IMG/VR virus record: IMGVR_UViG_2713896904_000005 | DNA: 5,471 nt | From: a virus | Lineage: Duplodnaviria > Heunggongvirae > Uroviricota > Caudoviricetes | Reading direction: 5' to 3' (one strand) | The notes under the pieces: model-generated | The model's database searches: none | What the model saw: the letters and a program-made list of their open reading frames with translations, nothing else | What the model was told of the DNA's origin: nothing | In this document: positions 1 to 5,073 of the stretch, piece after piece | Layout of the letters: the number at the start of each line of letters is the position of its first letter | How positions within the stretch are numbered: the first letter of the stretch is position 1 | Made by a program: the position numbers and the translations under genes

Positions 1-770
1 AGCTCAGGGAATCGGGATTCGAAGAAATGCGGCTGCGTCTCGCGTGGATTTGCAGGACTGGTGATGTTCTTGCCGAACATGCAGCCTTTCGCTGTCAGCG
101 ACCAGAATTTTTTGATGTTGTTAATCGCGGTACGGCTGTATCGTTCGCGCTGCTCGACGATCCCCAGCTTCGCCATCTGGTGATATGCCTGATTAGCCGT
201 CAGGCAGATACCATACTGTTTCAGCAGTGCACTCAGTGACAGTGTCGGGCGACTTGAGCCATCGTGTGCATCAGCAGGAGCATCAATGGCATAGCGCGGT
301 GCCAGATTCGGTAAGCCAACAGCCTCCTGGAGTTTCTGACAGGCACCAAGCACTGAAGAGTTAGACAGGTTTAACTCCCGGCGCATAAAGTCCAGCAGGA
401 TCACGCCAGCCTGCATCTTGTCAGCAGCCTGCCCGGATAATTTTTCCGGTGCACTGGTTACCATGTCGAAAGTACGGATCACCTTCAGATGGAATGACGG
501 GCTGATCCACATTGCATAGGCATACACCAGTTCTTTGCAGACATACGTCCCCTGGTTATTTCCGCCACGAATAACGTTAACTGGTTCTATATTGACCGAG
601 TTGCAAATCTGCAACTCGCTTATTAAACGTTCAGTTTGCTCATTGCGGAGCCAGAATGCAGGCTTATGCTTATCCAGAGAACCAGCAGCCCTGTGCAGAT
701 CGTTCAGGCTGTAACGCCCATAAGCATCACGACGAACTTCAATACCATCAATAACCATCAGATTATTCAT
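1..770 (-). CDS. KilA-N domain protein (antirepressor-like), N-terminal ~256 codons; gene continues past the left edge
   Basis: Reverse complement of 1..770 is an uninterrupted frame from ATG (770..768) with an SD-like AAGAGGAGA (rc of 779..787) 8 nt upstream. Translation starts MNNLMVIDGIEVRRDAYGRYSLNDLHRAAGSLDKHKPAFWLRNEQTERLISEL...TYVCKELVYAYAMWISPSFHLKVIRTFD, which I recognise as KilA-N-like (RYxLNDLH, YAMWIS motifs). No stop before position 1, which is why it is missing from the ORF track. Confidence 0.8.
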   Translation of the reverse strand, partial: MNNLMVIDGIEVRRDAYGRYSLNDLHRAAGSLDKHKPAFWLRNEQTERLISELQICNSVNIEPVNVIRGGNNQGTYVCKELVYAYAMWISPSFHLKVIRTFDMVTSAPEKLSGQAADKMQAGVILLDFMRRELNLSNSSVLGACQKLQEAVGLPNLAPRYAIDAPADAHDGSSRPTLSLSALLKQYGICLTANQAYHQMAKLGIVEQRERYSRTAINNIKKFWSLTAKGCMFGKNITSPANPRETQPHFFESRFPE

Positions 771-789
771 ACTTCGTTTCTCCTCTTAA

Positions 790-1179
790 TCAGGCGGCTG
801 CACCCGCCGGTTTCTCGTACTTCCTGATAGTGATCTCGACCTTCCCTTCCGGGATAACCGGTCCCCACTCCACCAGCATTCTTTTCACCTGACTGTCGTC
901 TTCCCACACACCCGCGTGGGTCAGGGCGTCAAACAGCGCCTTGTTATAGTTGTCCAGATCGCGGATCCGGTTATCCGGAGGAAACAACACGATCTCCACT
1001 GAAGCAGGTGCCGACGTTGGTTTTGGCAGACGACGTAACTGCTCAACTATTGCTGCACACGCCGCGCTCTGGAATTTGTGCCCCGCTGCGCTTATCAGGC
1101 TCTTACCAGCAAACGCCCCTTTGTTAGGGTGTCGCCAGTACGTGTTCACGCTGGGCGGAAAAGGCAGTATTAGCTTCAT
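790..1179 (-). CDS. rusA: Holliday junction resolvase RusA (crossover junction endodeoxyribonuclease)
   Basis: 129-aa ORF MKLILPFPPSVNTYWRH...DNRIRDLDNYNKALFDALTHAGVWEDDSQV matches E. coli RusA as I recall it (LPWPPSNNRYYR...[29 protein letters not shown]), including the acidic catalytic residues. Start overlaps the upstream gene by 4 nt (ATGA). Confidence 0.9.
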   Translation of the reverse strand: MKLILPFPPSVNTYWRHPNKGAFAGKSLISAAGHKFQSAACAAIVEQLRRLPKPTSAPASVEIVLFPPDNRIRDLDNYNKALFDALTHAGVWEDDSQVKRMLVEWGPVIPEGKVEITIRKYEKPAGAAA

Positions 1180-1502
1180 ACTTTCAGGCCCCTCTCATGT
1201 AACCAGTGGGCTGCACGCAGCCTGGCGTTTTCCTCACCGGCAAGCAGTGAGCGGATAATCCCGACCGCCTCGCTGTCGTCGTCCTTCACCGCGGTATGAA
1301 GCGTTATCCCCCGGGCCACGCCACGCTTTATCGTGATGACGCCTTTTTTCTCCAGCGCACGAAGATGCTCCACCGCTGCATTCACCGAACGGTATCCCAG
1401 CATGGTTGCCACCTCCTGATTGGTTGGTGGGAAGCCACGTTCTTTCTGATAAGAAATCAGCATATCCAGCACCTGCTGCTGGCATTGAGTTAACGTCGTC
1501 AT
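1176..1502 (-). CDS. LexA N-terminal DNA-binding-domain-like protein lacking the S24 peptidase domain (108 aa)
   Basis: MTTLTQCQQQVLDMLISYQKERGFPPTNQEVATMLGYRSVNAAVEHLRALEKKGVITIKRGVARGITL aligns colinearly with the LexA N-terminus ([68 protein letters not shown]). The ORF stops about 40 residues after the domain; no Ala-Gly site or Ser/Lys dyad. ATG at 1502..1500 overlaps the upstream TAA (TAATG) and follows a GGGGG SD-like run. The ORF track's alternative start at 1535 is a GTG. Confidence 0.7.
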   Translation of the reverse strand: MTTLTQCQQQVLDMLISYQKERGFPPTNQEVATMLGYRSVNAAVEHLRALEKKGVITIKRGVARGITLHTAVKDDDSEAVGIIRSLLAGEENARLRAAHWLHERGLKV

Positions 1503-1990
1503 TAAGCCCCCACGTAATTCCCTGACAGATACCACTCTTCACCCGATGCAGCGCGCTTGCTGCTTTTCCGTAAGCACCGCTCACGACGCGCCAGAAAATT
1601 GTTTCGTTCTGGCTGGGAGTGGCTTTCACGGAATGCCGCCATCCACACCGTTGCAGCACGACGGTATAAGCCCCTGGACTCCAGTTCTTCAGCCTGGCGG
1701 GTCAGGCACAAAATCTCCCGCGGGTCGTTAGTGCCGACATAGAAATTGCGCACAGGTCTGGTTTCACGAACTGGTTGTGGTTCCGCCTCCTGCGCTCTCT
1801 CAGTCAGGCGCGGGAAATGTCTGCGTGTATCCCCTTCACAACGGTGAGCCACACGACCACTCTGACGTAACTTGCTTGCTGACTGCAGAACGCGCTGCCG
1901 TGAGTAACCTGCAAAAGCATCCGCAATGTCTCCGGAAGTACACCCCGGATGGGCTTCAATGTATTTCTGAACTTCATTCAAAAGACTCAT
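1502..1990 (-). CDS. Hypothetical small regulator with a PerC-like C-terminal motif (162 aa)
   Basis: ORF directly after the O-like gene. ATG at 1990..1988 is 2 nt after the O stop (TGA 1995..1993) and is preceded by GGGGGTGA. The C-terminal segment LESRGLYRRAATVWMAAFRESH...RRERCLRK resembles the PerC/Pch family motif (GLxRRAAxxW...CL) from memory. The N-terminal part (LLNEVQKYIEAHPGCTSGDIADAFAGYSRQRV) looks like a small helix-turn-helix. The track's 1996 start is a GTG two codons upstream. Confidence 0.6.
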   Translation of the reverse strand: MSLLNEVQKYIEAHPGCTSGDIADAFAGYSRQRVLQSASKLRQSGRVAHRCEGDTRRHFPRLTERAQEAEPQPVRETRPVRNFYVGTNDPREILCLTRQAEELESRGLYRRAATVWMAAFRESHSQPERNNFLARRERCLRKSSKRAASGEEWYLSGNYVGA

Positions 1991-1992
1991 GA

Positions 1993-2934
1993 TCACCCCC
2001 TGAATCCTGCCGGGATCTGGCTGTAGTCCACTTTGTCGTAACTGGCTTTGAAGTACGGGTCTTCGCGTTTTTCGGTGTACGTGCTGACGGACGGCGATAA
2101 GCGCAGGGAAAGCTCATCCCATTTTTCCCGCAGCTTCGACGGGCTGAGCACGTTACGGCACCAGAACGGATCGCGACTGACGCGGCTGTACATCTCGCAG
2201 ATTTGTTTGTGAGTACGACCATCCTGCACACACATCAGGCGAATTTCGTTTGCCCAGGCTGTCCAGTTCGGTTCTTTGGGACGAACCACCTCGCCGTCAC
2301 ATTCGGCGGCCTGCTCGTACAGGGCGATGATTTTTTTCCAGAGCCACTGTGCGCAGGTCAAATCATCCTGCGTTCCCCACTGGCGCTTTTTAGGGCTGAA
2401 TACAACCGCATCAGGATGGCGAGTTAAAAACTCCTGTTCAGCCGTCTGCGTGTCCGGTTGCGAAGCGTCCGGACGAGAAGTTTTTTTATCTGACGGATCA
2501 TGTTTTGATTTTACTGACGGATCCCCGCCAGATTCTGACGGGTGAAAACCCGCTTTTTTGCCAGATTTCGACGCATCAAATTTTGACGGGTCAGATTTTG
2601 ATGCGTCAGATTTTGACGGGTCAGAATCTGACAATTGAGAAAATGCCGCTGCCTGAAGCTTCGCAATGTTAAGCTGATAAACATTCGACGCATTGCGGTT
2701 ACCCTGGCGACGCGCCTTACGCGTTAACCAGCCTTCTGCTTCCAGCCGTGCGATAGCCGTTCTGACGGTACTCATCCCCGCGCCAATCTGACGGGCAATG
2801 GTTTCAATTGATGGCCAGCACACACCTTCGTCATTACTGAAATCAGCCAGGCGGGCCATAATTGCCACGCTGGATAATTTCATGCCTGACGCTGCGCAAC
2901 CATCCCATACATAGCCGGTTAATTTAGTGCTCAT
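1993..2934 (-). CDS. Replication initiator protein, lambda O-like (N-terminal helix-turn-helix, iteron-encoding linker)
   Basis: 313-aa ORF with N-terminal MKLSSVAIMARLADFSNDEGVCWPSIETIARQIGAGMSTVRTAIARLEAEGWLTRK, typical of phage replication-initiator HTH domains. AGAGG SD 6 nt before ATG 2934. Low-complexity linker (DPSKSDASKSDPSKFDASKS) is encoded by a tandem DNA repeat array, the lambda O arrangement. Follows cro/CII-like genes. Confidence 0.85.
   Translation of the reverse strand: MSTKLTGYVWDGCAASGMKLSSVAIMARLADFSNDEGVCWPSIETIARQIGAGMSTVRTAIARLEAEGWLTRKARRQGNRNASNVYQLNIAKLQAAAFSQLSDSDPSKSDASKSDPSKFDASKSGKKAGFHPSESGGDPSVKSKHDPSDKKTSRPDASQPDTQTAEQEFLTRHPDAVVFSPKKRQWGTQDDLTCAQWLWKKIIALYEQAAECDGEVVRPKEPNWTAWANEIRLMCVQDGRTHKQICEMYSRVSRDPFWCRNVLSPSKLREKWDELSLRLSPSVSTYTEKREDPYFKASYDKVDYSQIPAGFRG
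2486..2635. repeat. Putative phage origin of replication: array of 15-bp iterons (consensus TCAGATTTTGACGGG) plus flanking AT-rich tract, inside the O-like gene
   Basis: Five contiguous 15-bp units at 2561..2635 (ccagatttcgacgca / tcaaattttgacggg / tcagattttgatgcg / tcagattttgacggg / tcagaatctgacaat). Further copies of the TGACGG core at 2491, 2515 and 2536. A T-rich stretch at 2477..2490 lies on the side expected for an unwinding element. Confidence 0.7.
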
Positions 2935-2943
2935 GACCGACCT

Positions 2944-3282
2944 CTATTTCCCTGAATTTACGACGAAACTGTTCGAGCGGGCTGAAGCACTCATGCTCAT
3001 AGCCTTCACGGAGGTAGATAACCCGTTGTGTTTCCGGCTCCCAACGAATGACTCTGACGGGCACTCCGTAGTGATCTTTGAACCAGCGGTTAACTTGTCG
3101 CAAAGGACTGTCTCCTTCTGCCGGTTGAAATCACCCACAGCCCACTCTGCAAAGCTGTGGGTTACAATTTCCCTGTCACCTGGTACATTCACTGCATAGC
3201 AATACTCCACCTTCGCTTTTCCACCCGGTACAGGAAGCGCAATCAGTTGCGAGCGACGGTAGTGTGTTGTTAAACTGTTCAT
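2944..3282 (-). CDS. Hypothetical protein (112 aa), no recognisable domain
   Basis: ORF between the CII-like and O-like genes. ATG 3282..3280 overlaps the upstream stop (ATGA) and is preceded by GGAGA (rc of 3292..3296). Position and coupling argue for a real gene. Confidence 0.55.
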   Translation of the reverse strand: MNSLTTHYRRSQLIALPVPGGKAKVEYCYAVNVPGDREIVTHSFAEWAVGDFNRQKETVLCDKLTAGSKITTECPSESFVGSRKHNGLSTSVKAMSMSASARSNSFVVNSGK

Positions 3283-3842
3283 GCGTTAGTTTCTCCACAG
3301 TCACGACACGCCACGGCGCCCGGAGCTGCACACTCGCGGGCGTCATTACTTTCTGAAATGCAAAAGATTTTGTAGACCAGTGCTGCATGCTCCTGCAGCT
3401 TCGAAATTGAGAGATACAGCTCGTCGTTAATTGCTGTCTTCTCATGCGGTTCCACTACACCGTCTTCGATTGCTGAACGAATCTGTTTTGAATAACTGCC
3501 GATCTGTTCAATGACTTCCAGCAGACGCTGGTTAATATCGGCGTTGTCCACATCCTCGACGTCAGGAAGAGACACAAAGACGCCATTTGCAGACTGCGCC
3601 ACAGCGTCAGCAATGAAGTGAGTTCCACCAGCACGTTGCAAAATCATTGCCCATCCCAGCGGGAAAATCTGATCGCCATCGGCACGAAGGCGGTTAAATA
3701 ATGCGTTCTCTGTTACATCCAGCCAGTCAGCTGCTTCAGCGTAACCACCCGGCAACTTTGCGATAGTTTTTCTGACAGCTTTCACGTACCACTCAGGCTG
3801 TTTTTCTACTTTCCAGTGATGCTTACCCACGGTTAGCCTCAT
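3279..3842 (-). CDS. CII-like phage regulatory protein (187 aa; CP76/YdaT-like position after cro)
   Basis: Second gene of the rightward operon, 31 nt after the cro-like stop. N-terminal half has an HTH-like stretch ([42 protein letters not shown]) loosely resembling lambda CII. C-terminus carries four Cys (C-x9-C-x7-C-x2-C). No clear SD before ATG 3842, and no in-frame alternative start upstream before a stop at 3900..3902. Confidence 0.6.
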   Translation of the reverse strand: MRLTVGKHHWKVEKQPEWYVKAVRKTIAKLPGGYAEAADWLDVTENALFNRLRADGDQIFPLGWAMILQRAGGTHFIADAVAQSANGVFVSLPDVEDVDNADINQRLLEVIEQIGSYSKQIRSAIEDGVVEPHEKTAINDELYLSISKLQEHAALVYKIFCISESNDARECAAPGAVACRDCGETNA

Positions 3843-3873
3843 CGTTCTGTGGTTAAAAATTGAAAGTGTTCTG

Positions 3874-4074
3874 CTAATCTTTCGGATAGATATCCGGTCT
3901 TAAGTCAGATTTCGTAATTGCACCTGATGTGTATTGCTCAAGTTTTTTAGCCAGCACAAAACTGGCTTTTTTATAGCCATTGAAAACCAGCCGTAAGTAG
4001 CCAGGTGTTGAGCCAACTTTTCCGGCCAACTCGCCCTGCTGTTCTTTGGTTAAAGAGTCCCAATACGCTTTCAT
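3874..4074 (-). CDS. Cro-like helix-turn-helix repressor (66 aa)
   Basis: MKAYWDSLTKEQQGELAGKVGSTPGYLRLVFNGYKKASFVLAKKLEQYTSGAITKSDLRPDIYPKD is a small Cro/YdaS-type HTH protein with the characteristic C-terminal ...LRPDI motif. Divergent from the CI-like gene. ATG 4074 has GGAGG (rc of 4085..4089) upstream; the track's 4098 start has no SD and falls in the operator region. Confidence 0.8.
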   Translation of the reverse strand: MKAYWDSLTKEQQGELAGKVGSTPGYLRLVFNGYKKASFVLAKKLEQYTSGAITKSDLRPDIYPKD

Positions 4075-4164
4075 ACAATATGTACCTCCGGTGTACATAT
4101 TACATGATTAAAATGAACCTTCAAGATACTTGTACCTTAACGGTACAAGGGTTTTAATTTCGTT
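4075..4164. promoter_or_regulatory. Divergent promoter/operator region (OR-like) between cro-like and CI-like genes
   Basis: Two 19-bp inverted-repeat sites: 4080..4098 ATGTACC-tccgg-TGTACAT (6/7 half-site symmetry) and 4130..4148 TTGTACC-ttaac-GGTACAA (perfect). Candidate cro promoter on the minus strand: -35 TTGAAG (rc of 4119..4124), 16-bp spacer, -10 TAATAT (rc of 4097..4102). Candidate cI promoter -10 TTTAAT at 4153..4158, just before ATG 4165. Confidence 0.6.
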
Positions 4165-4839
4165 ATGAAAACAATCCATGACATCCGGCGGTCTAACGCC
4201 AGAAAACTGAGAGATGGTGTTGGCGGGAATTCTTCCTTTGCCACTATGATTGATCGCGAGCCAACCCAGACCAGCAGGTTTATGGGAGATGGTGCTACTA
4301 AAAATATCGGTGACAGCATGGCACGACACATCGAAAAATGTTTCGACCTGCCTGTAGGATGGCTCGATCAAGAACACCAGACAACGAACATCACAAAAAA
4401 ACCTGATGTTTCAATCACTAATAAACAAATCACATTAGTCCCTGTCATATCATGGGTACAGGCCGGAGCATGGAAAGAAGTTGGATATTCTGAGGTTGAT
4501 TTGAGCACAGCAGAAACGTATCCCTGCCCTGTACCCTGTGGGGAAATGACTTATATCTTGCGGGTGATAGGTGATTCAATGATTGATGAGTACCGCCCGG
4601 GAGACATGATTTTTGTCGATCCTGAAGTACCTGCCTGCCACGGTGACGACGTTATTGCATTGATGCACGATACAGGTGAAACCACCTTCAAAAGGTTGAT
4701 AGAAGATGGGACACAGCGTTATCTCAAAGCGTTAAACCCAAACTGGCCTGAGCCTTACATTAAGATCAACGGTAATTGCTCTATAATTGGTACTGTGATT
4801 TTCTCAGGAAAACCAAGAAGATACAAAATCAAAGCCTAA
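4165..4839 (+). CDS. CI-like phage repressor with N-terminal HTH and C-terminal LexA-type S24 autopeptidase domain
   Basis: 224 aa. HTH region (FATMIDREPTQTSRF...MARHIEKCFDLPVGWLD). Probable cleavage site VQAG-AW (compare lambda CI VQAG-MF). Ser nucleophile in LRVIGDSM and Lys in TTFKRL, matching the LexA/CI Ser-Lys dyad context. Divergent from the cro-like gene. Confidence 0.9.
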   Translation: MKTIHDIRRSNARKLRDGVGGNSSFATMIDREPTQTSRFMGDGATKNIGDSMARHIEKCFDLPVGWLDQEHQTTNITKKPDVSITNKQITLVPVISWVQAGAWKEVGYSEVDLSTAETYPCPVPCGEMTYILRVIGDSMIDEYRPGDMIFVDPEVPACHGDDVIALMHDTGETTFKRLIEDGTQRYLKALNPNWPEPYIKINGNCSIIGTVIFSGKPRRYKIKA

Positions 4840-4851
4840 TCAATGTTTATG

Positions 4852-4874
4852 AACCTGCTTCGGCAGGTTTTTTT
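4852..4874 (+). terminator. Rho-independent terminator downstream of the CI-like gene
   Basis: Stem AACCTGC (4852..4858), UUCG tetraloop (4859..4862), stem GCAGGTT (4863..4869), then a T run through 4874, 13 nt after the CI stop. Confidence 0.75.
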
Positions 4875-4878
4875 ATAC

Positions 4879-4912
4879 TTGACAATGTACCCTTTAGATA
4901 CATAATGTACCC
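4879..4912 (+). promoter_or_regulatory. Strong sigma70-type promoter (pL-like) with embedded operator
   Basis: -35 TTGACA (4879..4884), 16-bp spacer, -10 CATAAT (4901..4906). The spacer and -10 contain the 19-bp site ATGTACC-cttta-GATACAT (4885..4903), same architecture as the two OR sites. A further ATGTACC half-site lies at 4905..4911. Confidence 0.65.
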
Positions 4913-4990
4913 AAGAGAAACAACAAACAGGCAGGACGCCCACGAAGTAGCCGCCTGGGGCATATGAAGTCCAGGATGATTCGTTAGCAA

Positions 4991-5028
4991 CAAAAAAGCG
5001 CCCTACAGGACGCTTAGCTCTTTAACAA
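4991..5028. promoter_or_regulatory. Leader hairpin plus boxA-like element (GCTCTTTAACAA)
   Basis: Inverted repeat AAGCGCCC-taca-GGACGCTT (4996..5015). On the minus-strand RNA it forms an 8-bp stem with one G-U pair followed by U6, so it is terminator-like for leftward transcription. On the plus-strand RNA the stem has a C-A mismatch. Immediately 3' on the plus strand, GCTCTTTAACAA (5017..5028) matches the rrn/nut boxA consensus as I recall it. Confidence 0.4.
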
Positions 5029-5073
5029 TCTGGTCCCCATCAACAAGTAACTGATAACTTGAGGAGGTGTGAA

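Noticed and set aside
27-239. 70-aa plus-strand ORF
   Set aside because: Antisense to the uninterrupted KilA-N reading frame; no SD and no recognisable product.
636-827. 63-aa plus-strand ORF
   Set aside because: Antisense to the KilA-N gene start and the rusA 3' end; shadow ORF.
950-1258. 102-aa plus-strand ORF
   Set aside because: Lies inside rusA and the LexA-like gene on the opposite strand; Arg/Gly-rich shadow ORF.
1296-1493. 65-aa plus-strand ORF
   Set aside because: Antisense to the LexA-like gene; shadow ORF.
1234-1659. 141-aa minus-strand ORF in an alternative frame
   Set aside because: Overlaps two well-supported, translationally coupled genes out of frame; low-complexity Gly/Arg-rich product.
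1546-1742. Two overlapping 61-aa plus-strand ORFs (1546..1731 and 1557..1742)
   Set aside because: Both are antisense to the PerC-like gene and overlap each other in different frames; shadow ORFs.
1777-1992. 71-aa plus-strand ORF
   Set aside because: Antisense to the PerC-like gene; no SD; shadow ORF.
1974-2231. 85-aa minus-strand ORF
   Set aside because: Alternative frame inside the 3' end of the initiator gene; Arg/Ser/Thr-rich shadow ORF.
2203-2545. Plus-strand ORFs of 74 and 89 aa (2203..2427 and 2276..2545)
   Set aside because: Both are antisense to the initiator gene and Cys/Ser-rich; shadow ORFs with no SD.
2511-2693. 60-aa minus-strand ORF with QNLTRQNLT repeats; also considered as a CRISPR-like array
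   Set aside because: It is the iteron array read in another frame. Repeats are contiguous 15-bp units with no spacers, inside a coding gene, so neither an independent gene nor CRISPR.
2927-3199. 90-aa plus-strand ORF
   Set aside because: Antisense to the 112-aa coupled gene and the initiator start; the minus-strand frame has the SD and coupling.
3176-3445. 89-aa minus-strand ORF in an alternative frame
   Set aside because: Overlaps the CII-like and 112-aa genes out of frame; Cys/Ser/Thr-rich shadow ORF.
4075-4098. Longer start for the cro-like gene (MYTGGTYC..., track start 4098)
   Set aside because: No SD upstream of that ATG and it would begin inside the operator/-10 region. ATG 4074 has a GGAGG SD and gives a typical Cro-sized product. 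The longer form is not excluded.
4108-4377. Two minus-strand ORFs (89 and 64 aa) across the operator region and the CI 5' end
   Set aside because: Antisense to the well-supported CI-like gene and they span the operator; shadow ORFs.
4776-4967. 63-aa plus-strand ORF
   Set aside because: Runs from the CI 3' end through the terminator hairpin and promoter; regulatory DNA, not coding.
5059-5073. TTG start for the small ORF as given by the track
   Set aside because: The TTG sits on the GAGGAGG SD itself; ATG 5074 at 6-nt spacing is the more plausible start.
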